Positions 1-12,531 of a stretch of 64,000 bases of DNA are shown here, in pieces. Source of the DNA: Azolla caroliniana (Eukaryota; Plantae; Polypodiophyta); the NCBI GenBank assembly GCA_043228905.1, contig JBHGNT010000010.1, positions 8,928,001-8,992,000 of the forward strand, in the 5' to 3' direction. The notes below the pieces were generated by a model. That model searched no databases. It saw only the letters and a list, made by a program, of their open reading frames with translations, and was not told the DNA's origin. Position 1 is the stretch's first letter. Each line of letters begins with the position of its first letter. A program made the translations under genes and the position numbers.

Positions 1-1929
1 CACACTCATCCCATCTGTCTCTTTGGTCAAGAAACTTTGATCCTTCATTTTTTCTCGTCCCCCGTTTGCCTTCACAAGACCTCGTTCGAATGTCGATATT
101 GACTACCCGTCATAGTCCCTTCAAGTGCATGCTCACCTCGAGGTCTATAAGAGACCATATTGCATGCCCTTCTTTCTGCCATTCGTTTCGGTAAACTCTC
201 GCGTTTGAGTTGACCATCCTACCTTCGATCTTCATGCTAGTGTACTCCCTCACATTAGAAGACATGATCACTTCCGGAAGAACACCTTTCAAATCCTCTT
301 GGTCTGCTTGGCCCTCATCGTCTCTTGTCACACTTTGTTCGGCCTCTTTGTAGTGCACACTGGCTTTGATCTTTCCTTCGTCGCTACATTCTGGCTCTTG
401 GGTCTCACATTGTCTTTCGGATGCAATTGCCCAAGTCTCTAGAACAACTATGAAGAAATTATCATCTTGATCATCGTTTTCCTTTGTTGTGTTGTCCATA
501 GCCATCTCCTTCGCTATCTCTCTGTCACACGCATCGGCTTCCGTCATTTTGCTTTTCTTGACCTCCTTGTTGTATGCACTAGCTTCAACCCTTACTTCCT
601 CGCCGCCATCATCCTTCTCTTGGGTCTTACTTCAATTAATTCCCAAGTTTCTCGAATGAGTGTGGAGGGATTCATACGATTTCGTAGTCCTCCTTTGCCT
701 TTGTCGTGCTACCCTTAGCCACTTCCACCTTATGGTTGTTCGCATCGGCTTTGACCGTTGCTTCCTCACCGCCACCTTCCGTCTCTTGGGTCTTACATCG
801 GTTAATGCCCAAGTCTCTAGGACCTTTGTGGGGAAAGTCTCTTCATCATTGTCTTCTACCCTCTTTGGCTTGACGTCATTCTCCATGACTACCTCTTTAG
901 ACTCATGGGCCTCGTACCCATTGACCCTCTTGATCAAGCAAGCCACAATTATGCTTCCCTCTTCGTTGCATGCGTTAGCTTCAACCTTCACTTCGTCGCC
1001 ACCACCTTCGGTCTTTTGGGTCTCACGTTGGCTTTCCGACGCAACTGCCCAAGTCTCTGGAACAAGTGTGGAGAAAGTCTCGACACGGCCATCCACCATC
1101 GACTTGTCCATAGCCACCTCTGACGCGATGTCATTTTTCGTGGCAATCTCCTCAATCACGTCGGCCTCACACTTCTCATCTCCCTTTTTTCATGGGTATC
1201 TCCTCAATCACATCGGCCTCACACTTCTTATCTCCCTTTTTTCATGGGAATCTCCTCAATCACGTCAGCCTCACACTTTTTATCTCCCTTCATCACGCAA
1301 GCTTTGCTCATTCTTGCACTTTCATCACTTGATGTTTCAGACACGGCGCGTGTTCCAAAACATTTGCCGTCCTCAATTCATTGGTTTCATTCTTCACCAT
1401 TGTTCCTTTGCAAGACGAGGAGGTGACTTGTTCCACACCTTCTCCTGTGGTACCATTGTGGTACAGAACCTGGGCCTTTGTATTGACCGTATCATCAATC
1501 CGCATTTGTTAGGAGGTCTCTTCTTCCTTGATCACCGTTTATCTTGGTTTTGTCTCCATTTTAAGCTTCTCTTCAACCTCGACTTGCACCTTTAAGTTCT
1601 CGAATTCCTCTCTCATAAAGACTTCTATGTTGAGTATCGTGGCACCTTCCCCCTTCGAGCTTTCGTCCTTCGGTGGTGGCATGTTGTTGTATCTCGTCCT
1701 CCTTCGATCGTCCCTCATGGGTTGTGACATTATTGACAAGATTCCTATCTTCCTCTTGTTGTTGGCATACCCTTTTCACTTTGGACCAATTTTCAGTGAA
1801 GTTATTTGCACCATCATCATCCTATTTAAGGTGTTATAGTCAACACTTCTAACTAGATTCTTTCTAGGTAACTACGAAGTTACATGGTTGACTAACGAAT
1901 TAAACTAAGTTGAGCTTGATCTCTCAACA
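1..1929 (-). mobile_element. Presumptive 3' LTR/terminal region of Copia C1, containing degenerate protein-coding-like repeats
   Basis: Removing element B rejoins the minus-strand sequence AGCTTGAGGGCACG|TGTTGAGAGATCAAGCTCAAC (Copia PPT then TG start). A very similar LTR start (TGTTGAGAGACAAGCTCGAC) is at 44177. The far end is not visible in the window. Confidence 0.5.
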
Positions 1930-2516
1930 CGTTGTTGCGAAGTTTCACGTTCGCGTGTAAGAAGAGGCAGGACCACGGGGGTCTTGGACCAAGGAGAGAG
2001 AGAGAGAGAGAGAGAGAGAGATGTAGATACACAGAAAGAAAATAAGGGCAAGAAACAGGAATCCGATTACTATAATCTGTAGCTTACAACTCGAACAGTT
2101 ACAACCGGCAACCCGATGATGGACCTGACACGGGGTCCTACTCACACACACAGACGATAGCCACTCGACTCGAAGAAACAAAAAGGGGGGGGGGGGGGGA
2201 GAGAGAGAGAGACTCTGCTGGAAGCACACGGGTTGTCCACGAAGCAGAGGCAGTGAACTCCCGACACCCGTAGAGAACGACGATTGGAGGAGAGAGAGCT
2301 CGGCCCTCGGTTCTGCAGCAGCACTTCGTCCTCACCAACGCGCGATCCCTTTTCTTTCTTCTCTCCCTCCTTAAATAGTTCGCCAAGGGGGGACGCTTCT
2401 TCCCTAGTCAAATCGCTTTGTTCCCTGTCCCTTTCGACAGAGATACACACAAATCCCCTAATAAATGTGCACTACCTAGTATTTACATCAGTCAACCTAT
2501 TTATGAATTATGTACA

Positions 2517-3199
2517 TGTTGGTAGACAGGTCCCTCCAGATGGGAAGGGAGAAGAACAGTGCCGACGAACAAACTCGGCCGAGGCCGAAACGGTATGAAC
2601 CAGATGAGGAGAACCCGACTGCGGAGAGTCGGATGGTGTAGGCCCGGTATGAACCGGATGAGGAGTACCCGACTGCGGGAGAGTCGGATTGTGTAGGCCC
2701 GGTATGAACCGGATGAGGAGTACCCGACTGTGGAGAGCCGGACGGGGAGTACCCGACTGCGGAGAGCCGTGATGGAGCCCATCAAGGCTACATTTGTAAA
2801 TAGCCGAAAAGTCATATTAGTATAAATATGACTTAGGGCAAACTTTGAGTGTGTGGTTGTTATTCTTCGTTGTTGGTGCAAGAAGAAATTAGAGCGCGTA
2901 ACTGTATAGAGAGAGAGAGAGACGAGGTCGTTGCCTCTGTTGTAACCGCCGCCTGTGGCGAAGATCTAAGAGCACGAGGTTGTTGCCTCAGTGATCTCAC
3001 TGTTGTATATTTCTACATAGTGACAGTTTGCAGCTTGTGAGCTGCCGTGGTTTTTCCCCTATTTTGGGGTTTTCCACGTATACCTCCTGTGTACCATTTC
3101 TCCTCTTTTGTGTCACGTTTCATTACTTGTTTTTCTGTGTATGTAAAGAATCTCGGTTGTGGCCGAGCGTCGGACATAAGGAACGTCAAGTTCCCAACA
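2517..3199 (+). mobile_element. Solo LTR (683 bp)
   Basis: TGTTGG...CCAACA termini, perfect TSD GTACA (2512-2516/3200-3204), TATAAATA at 2821, about three 54-bp tandem repeats in U3. Confidence 0.92.
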
Positions 3200-3228
3200 G
3201 TACAAAATATCAATTCTCGCATCCACCC

Positions 3229-4058
3229 TGACGGGAACTGGACGTTCCTTATGTCCAAGACTCGGCCACAACCGAGATTCTTTTCATACACAGAAAAACG
3301 GGAAATAAAACATGATACAAAGGAGAGGAAGATACAACACACTACACAGGAGGTTTACGTGGAAAACCCCAAACTAGGGGAAAAACCACGGCAGCCCACA
3401 GGCTGCAAACTGTCACTATGTATGAATGTACAAAACAGTGAGTTCTCGGAGGCAACGGCCTCAGACTCACGCTCTTCGCCACAGGCGGCGGTTACAACAG
3501 AGGCAACGACCTCTTTCTCTCTCTCTCTCTGTACACTATTACATGTTCTCTCTTCTTCTTGCACCAACAAGAAAAGTAACAACCTAATATTAGTTTGCCC
3601 TAAGTCATATTTATACTAATATGACTTTTTGGCTATTTACAAATATAGCCACAATGGGCTCTCAGAAACATATTTACGAATATGTCTCTTCCTCCGGTTC
3701 ATACCGGGTCTGCACCATCCGGCTTTCCGTAGCCGGGTACTCCTCATCCGGTTCATACCGGGCCTGCACCATCCAGCTCTCCGTAGCCGGGTACTCCTCA
3801 TCCGGTTCATACCGGGCCTGCACCATCCGGCTCTCCGTAGCCGGGGTCTTCCTCATCCGGTTCATACCGGGCCTGCACCATCCGGCTCTCCGTAGCCGGG
3901 GTCTTCCTCATCTGGTTCATACCGGGCCAGCACCATCCAGCTCTCCGTAGTCGGGGTCTTCCTCATACGGTTTCGGCCTCGGCCTGTCGGCCTCGGCCGA
4001 GTTTGTTCATCATCACTGATCTTCTCCCTTCCCATCCGGAGGGACCTGTCTCCCAACA
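3229..4058 (-). mobile_element. Solo LTR (830 bp), same family as 2517-3199, inverted
   Basis: TG...CA termini, perfect TSD CACCC (3224-3228/4059-4063), reverse-complement similarity to 2517-3199. Confidence 0.92.
3689..3970. repeat. 54-55-bp tandem repeat (~5 copies) in solo-LTR U3
   Basis: Unit CCGGGTACTCCTCATCCGGTTCATACCGGGCCTGCACCATCCGGCTCTCCGTAG recurs at 3733, 3787, 3841 and onward. Confidence 0.9.
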
Positions 4059-4196
4059 CACCCATGTAAGAGCCGGTTCATGCCCCTTTTTCTCCGATTC
4101 CACCTACAACTGGTTTTCTTCACAACATCCACCCCCACCAAACCATGCATCCACCGGCATGCGCCAGAGACGGGTAGATACCGAAGAAAACCGGCT

Positions 4197-7100
4197 TCAC
4201 TCGTCACTCTCCGATTCTTCGCCGGGCCCGAACCGATCGTCGTCGTCGCTCTCACTCACCGGCTCCGGCTCGTTTTCGAACCGCTTCTTGAACGCTTTGA
4301 TCTGCTTCCCGGCCACCGGTACCGCTAACCGTGTCCCGTCGAGTTCCGCAAGGTGGTACGTGCTGTTGTCATTCACGCTCGTCACCATGTAGGGCCCGAA
4401 CCATCTCCTAGTGAACTTTCACACCGCCTTGTGTTGATTGTCGAGGTTGTTGTCGTATACCAAGACCCAGTCGCCTTCCTCGACCTTCTTTGGTCGCAAC
4501 CAGTGCGCCTGGTTGAACCGGGTTTTGTTCCGCTCCCTTGCCGCCCGTAGCTTTTCCTTCGCCCGTTTCACGTCCTCCGGCCTCCGCTCGAGTTGCCGAA
4601 TCCGTGCCGCCAGTAACTCCTCCCGGCTCATCTCGTCCTTCCAATCTACGACCACCCATGAAGAAACCGTCTGTTCCACCGGCATGATCGGCTTCTGTCC
4701 ATACATTAGCTCTGTCGGCATAAACCCTATCACCAAACTGTGCGTAGTTCAGTCCGCCCATAGTGCGTAAGGAAGGAGCTGCGGCCAATTCCCGACCTGC
4801 CCTCCGCATGCACGCACCAACGCCTTTACGATCGGCCCGTGCCCACGTTCTACCTTCCCATTCGCCTCCAGATTGTACGCCGTAGTGAGGGAGAGTTTGA
4901 CCCGTAGCCGGTCGAACAGCTCCTCAGCTTCCTGCGCATCCAGCTCTCCCCGATCTGCCACGATCCTCCCGACGCACCCGTACTAACACACTACCTCTTC
5001 GATCAGGAACCGGCATACCACCACGGTTGTCTTGTTTTGTAGTGCGCGGCCTTCCGCCTGGTTCGTTAAGTCTTCCCGCGCAAGCACTAGGTATCGCATT
5101 TGTCCTATTCCCATCGGCATCGTCACCAAGTCCACCATCCACTTGAAATGGACCGTAGGCGGGTAGGTCGGGTGTAGCTCGTCCCGATGTCGGACTACGG
5201 AGTGCATCTGACAACTTTCGCAAGTCGTTATGAATCGATGCACGTCCCGGTACAGCCCCGGCCACCAGTACTTCTCCTTCAGCTTCTCGAATGTGGCCCA
5301 CGTTCCGCGGTGCCCGGCCCAAGGACTCTCGTGAAATGCCGCCAGTAGTTCCTCCTGTTCTTCTTTCTTTGCCACTACTCGGAGCGGGATGTCATTTCTT
5401 TTCTTTGGGTGCCTCCATATGCACCCATCCCGTAGGAAGAATCGGTACGCCTTCTTCCGTACCCGGCTCGCCTCTTCTCTCGTCCACGCTGCGTCCAGTG
5501 TCATCGCCCGTAGGAACCTCCCGATTTGGAGCCACTCCCCGTCGTACCTACTTTCGTCGAATTCGTTAAGTGCCGGAGTGTCCCCTTTCCTCGTCGTCAC
5601 GTTAGCCGACCCGAAGAAGTCCTCGCCGACTTCTTCGTCATCCGAAACCATGTTGTCTTCATCGTTGAACCTCGCTCTTGAAAGCATGTCGAGCATGGCA
5701 TTATCCTTTCCGGAGATGTCTCGTATCTCTGGGTTCAAGGACTTAATGTACGCTATCCACCGGAGCATTGCTAGGTCCGGCATCGTGCATCCGGAAACCA
5801 TGCCGAGTATCGGCAAGCAGTCCATCTCGATTGTTACCTCCGTCCCGATCAGGTAGTCCCTGTCGGCCTTGACTGCCGAAACAATACCCCATAGTTCGCG
5901 CTTGACTTGGGCGTATCCTTGCTGCCACTCGCTCAATACCTTCGCCCCGAACCGGATCGAGAACCATGCGCCGTCCTCGTCCTCCTGGTTGATCACCCAC
6001 CCGATCCAGATCGGGCTCGTGTCCACCGTCATGTAGATGGGGACTCCCTTGCTGTAAGCCACTTTACGGAGAGCTGGTGCTACCATAAGCGCCTCCTTTA
6101 GTCTCCGAACTGACTCCGTGTGCTCCGTCCTCCACTCAAAGCTATGCCCCCTTTTCAATAGTCCGTAGAGGGGTTCCGCGACATGTGCATAGTGCGGGAT
6201 CCAGATGTGGTAGAACACGCATGCACCCAAGAATCTACGGACCTCCGTAACCGACCCGCAATCGTTCCTCATCGCGGAGATGGCCTCTACCTTTGCCAGA
6301 GACGGTTTCCTACCGTACGGCGCCCACATGTGTCCGACCACCAAGATCTCTGACTGCCCGAACGCCGATTTTTCTCCAGAGAAGGTGAGTCGTGCGCTCT
6401 CGAGCTTCTGCAGCACCTTCTCGCAATCGTTGATGTGGTTCACGAAGAACCTCCGGCATCCGTCTGGCCCGACAGTCTCGTCCGCATCTTCCACCGGACA
6501 CCCCTTTATCGGGATGTCGTCCAAGAATGGCATGGTGATGTCCGGGATGCAGTCCCTCAGCACCTTGTTCATTGCGTTCACCATATGCGCCACCGAATTC
6601 GTCCTGCCTTGTGGTAGGGTACACATCCGTACTAGGTTGAGAGGAGTTCGCATCATCGTGATATCCCTACTCTCCACGGCTAGCTGGAACTGGTCGTACC
6701 CCAAGTATAAGTCACCAACCGAATAGATCGACCTTCCAGCGTAGGCCTCCACGAACTCGTCTATGGTCGGTCCGATTCCTGCATTACGGATGGTCACGTT
6801 GTTGACCGGTTGCAGGTCCTGAATGAAGTGTAGCGTGTCGTTCTTCTTCGGCACCGTAAACCACCAATTCAAATATGGGGCACTCGATGGTTTGAGGATG
6901 CCCATCTCCACCTTTTGCTTCAGAAGCTCCATCAACTTCGGGATGTGAGCTCTCAGCACCGGAATCGGTTTGAGATTCCACGGTACATGTGGTACTGTCA
7001 AGATCACCATCGGTTCAACGATCGTCGGGTCCACGCACCCGATCTCCTCTGGCGAGAACGCGAAGGCTTTCCTGTGCCTTCCGAGCATTCTCTGAAACCA

Positions 7101-7303
7101 GTCCTCCTCCGCCGGCAGTACAAAGCCACCCCACCGACCTTGAGCTCCCGTAGAGTTATGTCGGTGAACCGGTGCCCTATGCCAGCCGGATTCCGTAAAC
7201 TTGGGTCCGACGCAACCCCTTTTATCTGCTCCTCACTGCCCTTCGGCAAGGGTGCCGCGACTGGCCTCACCTTCCGGTCCACAGTCTTGTACTTTGTATC
7301 CAC
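4197..7303 (-). pseudogene. pol of element B (RT, RNase H, integrase) with stops and frameshifts
   Basis: YKTVDRKVRPV; RT DLYLGYDQF..LPQGRTNSV..FLDDIPIKG; RH VDTS..YAQVKRELWGI..DCLP; integrase HESPWAGH..CESC, WMVDLV, ANGKVERGH. Confidence 0.9.
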
Positions 7304-7409
7304 GCGGGCCGTCCGATCGGACCCGATCCTTTCCCGAAGTCCGCGATGACTTCGTACATTCCCATCGAACCAACTGGAACGGTCTGGTCTTCTCTAAGGT
7401 CTTCACCGA

Positions 7410-8764
7410 TCACCTTTCGCAACTCGCCCAAGGTGTCGTCAAAAGAGACCACCTCCACGGCGCTGCTGATTTCTTCATCAGAACCTCGTAGTTCTGGCAA
7501 GCGGCTTCTACGAAGCCCGTTTTCTCTTCGACCGGATCGTCCCATCCGGTGACCTCCTGGACCCGTTGTTCCGCGTGGTCCGCCTCTTCCTTCTTCAACC
7601 GAACTCCGGAGAGGCCTTCTAGCACTAGCGGCTAGAATCCGGAGTCCTTCGCCTTCCGGGCCTCATCACCCCCGACCCGAATTGCCGTCGACGCTGAGTA
7701 GTTAACGGCTTCTACATGCTGTGCCGCAGCCTCTTCCATCAATCTCTTCATTCCGCCGCGCCCCGTATTCAATTCTAGGGCTCTCTGGGTCTCGCTCGCG
7801 TGCACCCGCCCGTTCCAGAGGTACACCACGTTGGTCCTCAGTGCGTCGGCAAAATCCGTGCAATCCTTCTGAATGTGACTGATCGCGTCACACCACATGC
7901 ACCGCTGCCCAGCCGACAGCCTCCGGTCGAGAGGCTGTTCGCCGCTGTCTCTCCGGGCTTGTGCGATCTTCAGGTCGCGCACCATCTGTGTCAGCTCTTC
8001 CAGAGCCGCTCCTCCGGATGGGCCTTTGACCACGTCGTTCGATGCCGACCCAACTCCAGCCAAATTTGGGTCTCTTCCTTCCTACCAGCTGGCATCGATA
8101 CCGGCTCCTCGAGCCTGCTCCCCGGGACTGGTCCTGACACTGACGAGCTTTCGTCGCTCCACTCGCGCCGTTTGTCGAAACAGCTGCATACCCGTTTTAC
8201 CACGGCCTAGTCTGCCGTGAGCCCTTCGTCCGTCTCCAATAGGGGTCCCACCTTTTCCCTATTGAGCGTGTCCACCGACTTGACAAACAGTAGTACTCGA
8301 CTCGTTTCGAGCACGGTCCGGTCCAGCGTCGATAGCCATGCGAATCATTTTTCGAACTCCTGGAGGAGCGCCGACGTGTTCCTCCCTTTTCCGGGGCTTT
8401 CCACCCACGCCATGAAGTCCCGCCTCGACACCCGAAGCGAGTCATCAAACCCATACTTCTCGAGGAGCTGCAGCTCGAACTCCTCCCAAGTCTGGCATCC
8501 GACCACCACCTCGAGCACCTCCGCGTGGATGCTCGGCGTCACCACCCGAGGGAATCCGGATAACCGCCTGTCCACCGGGATATCCCTCATGATCATTTCG
8601 GCCCAGTAAGCCTCCAAATAACTCGTGGGATTCTTCCCACCGAATCGGCCTATGATGCCGACGATCGATTCAATGCCTCTATCGAGGGTACCCGTCCCCT
8701 CGCGAGCGCTCACCAGCCAGTGGACGGCTACCGCCATTGCCTCTGCTAGCTCCAATCCCCTCAT
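7410..8764 (-). pseudogene. gag of element B
   Basis: GRFGGKNPTSYL capsid start and zinc knuckle CMWCDAISHIQKDC. No aspartic protease motif is seen before pol. Confidence 0.75.
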
Positions 8765-8786
8765 CTTCCGACTCCTTTGCCGCCTG

Positions 8787-8804
8787 TTCACGTCAGGTTC
8801 ACCA
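8787..8804 (-). other. Primer-binding site of element B, tRNA-Trp-like
   Basis: TGGTGAACCTGACGTGAA lies 4 nt inside the 5' LTR. It is complementary to the plant tRNA-Trp 3' end as recalled (TTCACGTCGGGTTCACCA) with one mismatch. Confidence 0.75.
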
Positions 8805-8808
8805 ATTA

Positions 8809-9269
8809 TGTCGCGAAGTTTCGCGTTCACGTGTAAGAAGAGGCGGGACCACGGGGGTCTTGGACCAAGGAGAGAGTGAGACAGAGAGAGAGAGAGATGC
8901 AGATACACAGAAAGAAAATAAGAGCAAGAAACATGAATTTGATTACTATAATCCGTAGCTTACAACTCGAACAGTTACAACCGGCAACCCGGTGATGGAC
9001 CTGATATAGGGTCCTACTCACGCACACAGACGACAGTCACTCGACTCGAAGAAACAAAAAGAGGGGAGGGGGGGGGGAGAGAGAGAGAGAGAGAGAGACT
9101 CTGCTGGAAGCACACGGGCTATCCACGAAGCAGAGGCAGCGAACTCCAGACACCCACAGAGAACGACGATGGGAGGAGAGAGAGCTCGGCCCTCGGTTCT
9201 GCAACAGCACTTCGTCCTCGCCAACGCGCGATCCCTTTTCTTCCTTCTCTCCCTCTTTAAATAGTTCGC
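8809..9269 (-). repeat. 5' LTR of element B, part 1 (continues at 19230-19450)
   Basis: Matches 1933-2383; interrupted by element A at TTCGC. Confidence 0.9.
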
Positions 9270-9702
9270 TGTTAACTCTTCGGGCCGGACAATGGCCTAA
9301 CACAGGGTGTCTACGTGAGACACTTCACCAAAGGGTGTTACGGCAACCGGATTAGACTTCAACGCTTAATCCGACTTAGTTAAGTTACTTATTAGGATCG
9401 TCTTCATAACACGCGTAAGATATATCAATTAAGACAAAACAGCAATTGACACAGAGATATAACAACGCTTAAGCTTTCATTAATTAACCGCTAACTATTA
9501 CATTGTATCCGGGCCTTTAAATAGGTTTCCAGTCTGTATTACAAAACGGTGCCATCCGCACCTGTTCGGGATCGGTCCGGATCCGGAACGGCATACCGAT
9601 TCCGGTCCGTCCGTCCACACTCATAGCTTAATTACAACCACATTCCTACTACTTAATTAGCTCTCCGTTTCCCACTCTGGACTCCTTTGCCGGCCGGTAA
9701 CA
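9270..9702 (-). repeat. 3' LTR of element A
   Basis: TGTTAAC...GGTAACA; near-identical to 18792-19224. Confidence 0.95.
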
Positions 9703-9756
9703 CATGGCACGCCCGTGGGACAATACCTTGTACGTCGAATCCACAACCGACCCTTG

Positions 9757-12531
9757 CTATTCTTCATCCAAAATGTCCAAAATGCTCTGTTCGAGAGGCT
9801 CCAATGGTTCATCTGGAAGTGGTTGTTGTGGTTGTTGCTATTGCTGCTCTGTTGCTGTCTGCTGCGGCGGGTCCGTTGGTGGTTGCTGCGGCTGCTCCTC
9901 CGTTTGTGGCTCTGACACCGGCGTCTCCGTCGTTGCTCCTTGCATCGTGGTGGTCTCCAGTTGACAGGTTCCCGGCTGGCCCTCAGCCGACGACGGTTCC
10001 TCATCACTAAGGTTAACCGTTGTCGCTTCCTGTGCTTTTTCTTCCCGTACCCGGGACCGCTCGTAGCTTTCAAACTGGATTTGAGCGTCCAGCCTATCGT
10101 CGTCCAACTGAGCTACGAGCTGCCTGACCTGCGCCAGCTGTTCATCTGCCAGGACTTGGAAGTCGTCGGCCAGCTCGTCCCGTATGGTGGTGAAGTCCTC
10201 GGAAGTCAGCGTATAATAGTCATCTCCTTCCTTCCGCCGGTTTGCCACATCCGCCCGTAGCAACTAGAGTTCCGCCGCGTTTTGTGCCCACTTTGTCCAC
10301 CATTTTACGGAGCTTTCATCAATCAAGTGCTTCGTCTGATTCAGCCATGCCCGGAGGATGGACTGAATCCGGCTCGTTCCCAATTGCGATTTGGTTTCCG
10401 CCACTTGCCATTCCTCCTTCAGTTGTTTGATGATTTTTACGTTGTCCTCCGCCTGCGCCTTGTAATGCGTCAGTTGCCTTTGGTATGTACTTTGTAATTT
10501 TTGCAATACTGTAGACGCTCTCTCTTTGTCTTCCTGCTGCTGCTTCTGGAGCTCCATCCGGACCTTCTCCGCCTCTTCCAAGCATCTTGTATTTTCCGCC
10601 CGTTCGTCGGCGATCGCCGTTGCGGCCCGATCAACTGCCTGCTGGAGCTCGACCATCCGTTCTTTATGCTCTATTTCCAGCCGTTTGTAGTCCCGGTGCA
10701 GGTGCTCAAAATCATCCGTCTTTTGCTTGAGCCGTGTGTTGATCTGACGACGGGCCCAGTCCTCGCGGTCCTTCTGCTGGCGGAGCTCTTCCTTTAGCCG
10801 TTCTATCTCTGTTTCCGCAGTTTTCCGCAGCTTGTCCTTTTCCTGCAGCACTTTGTCTTTCTCCTCCTTTAGCCGGTCGTACGCTTGATGGCCTTTCCGG
10901 AGGCTCTCCTCTGCCCGGCGGAGGTTCTCAGCAGTCTTCTTTAATTCGGCTTCGGCCGCCGTCTTCAATTCTCATTCAAGGCTCCTTAGCGCTTCTTGTG
11001 CAGCAAGTTCCTCCTTCAATTCTGCAAGCTCCCGAGCTTGCGCCGCCTCTCTCGCCGGAACGGTTTCCGTTGCCAGGGTCTTATTCCTATGTACAGGTCG
11101 TTCCGTTTCATTATTCTGTACACTTACCGGAGTCACCGGTGATTAGATCCGTATTTTAGCCATCTCTGTCGTGACCTGATCCAAATCTTTTTCAAGACTC
11201 CGGATTCTGGACTGGGTCGTCTCTAGTTGTTCGGTTGTGACGAGCAACCATTCGCTTTGCGCTCTTTCTTCCGCCTCTATATACCCCACTGCTCCGGCTA
11301 TCTGTTCGCCTATCCACCGGAGCCACAAGCTACCGGTGCCTTGTTGTGCTTGCACGGAGGTTTGATAGATGGGCTCACTTGTAGAGGGGTGGTCCCGCCT
11401 GGTTGCGCCGAGTTGCAGTTCCGTTTCTGCCCGTGGACCATCCTGCTGTCCTTGGTCCCCTTGCGCTTCTTCTTGGCTGACCGAGGGAGGCTGCAGGGAC
11501 CTTTTCGGCTCTGGCGGAATGGGACTTGCCGGTGTTGCCGGTGGCGCCGGGGCTTTTGTTTCCGGTTCCTTCTGCACCAGTTCCGGTTCCTTCCTTGGCG
11601 TAGGAGTCTCAGTATGGGGAGCCGGTGTTCCCTCCGTCTGAGGGTCCGAACGTTTTCCGGCTGTCTCAATGGTCCTTGCCGACGACCGTCGCTGGAGGTG
11701 CTCCGTAGGCTCCTCCTCTATTTCCTCCTCCTGAGCTCCGGCATTGAGTTTTGCTGCCAAGGGGTCCACTTCTCGATTCATCGGTCGGCGGAGTGTGACC
11801 TTTACGGGCCGTGCCGGTGGTTCCTCCTGCGCCTCCGTTGGGCGCTTCCGGCTGCCACTTCCTGCTGCCGCCTGGTCTGCATCCGCCGGCTTTCCCTTAC
11901 TGGCCTTAGAGGCCAACAGCTGTTGCCGTTTGGAAGCCGTCCTTGGGGTGCCGTCCGGCACTCTTCCTCGCTTCTTGGGCTGGACGGTCTGAACGGGTGG
12001 CACCAGCAAGGTGAGCCACTACGTTACGGCATGCCATATTCTTCGTCCGTCTCGGCCTTCTTTACCGTCTTTGCCTCTGACGATCTCGATCGCCGCACAC
12101 AACCCGTCTGCGATCAATACCAGCCAATCCACCTTGATCCCTTCATAGGTGGCGATGATCATCCCTGCCCGGTTCTGCGGCATGACAGGGGGTCTAGGGT
12201 ATACGTGGCCGTATTCATGGAGCACACGAGCAATTTCGCAGAACAACATATCTCTGCCGCCCTGTGTCCGGTAGCCCTTGCTGGCTAGAGAGTACTCACC
12301 AAAATACCTTATGAGTTGCTCCGGGGTTGGATTGTCGATCGTGAGTATGCCTCCCTCCGGAAGGCCTGTTAACGCTCGAATCGCCTCTGCCGTTATGACC
12401 TCTGTATCGATTTCCTTGATCACTTTGTCGGCTTCTTTGTGTGGCGGTACTTCCATCATCATCAGGAAGCCCTCGAGCCCATATTGCTTCAGCCATGTCT
12501 TGGCGGCTTCCAACAGCGTTTGCGGGTCCAT
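9757..12531 (-). pseudogene. Extra ORF of element A (~920 codons): globular N-domain, P/E/K-rich linker, long coiled coil, Q/E-rich tail
   Basis: ORFs 12019-12531, 11143-12009, 10264-10968 and 9838-10263 are one frame broken by point stops. A homologue lies at 53979-50822. Confidence 0.85.

Larger units (their letters stand above)
1933..4127 (-). repeat. 3' LTR of element B, expanded by two solo-LTR insertions
   Basis: 1933-2516, 3205-3228 and 4064-4127 align with 8809-9269 plus 19230-19450. Confidence 0.9.

Noticed and set aside
660-1595. 311-aa plus-strand ORF
   Set aside because: Ser/Leu/Phe-rich antisense shadow of purine-rich minus-strand repeats.
3689-3970. CRISPR-like array
   Set aside because: Contiguous tandem units with no unique spacers, in a eukaryotic LTR context.
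11227-12288. 353-aa plus-strand ORF
   Set aside because: Antisense shadow of the GC-rich accessory ORF; no motifs.
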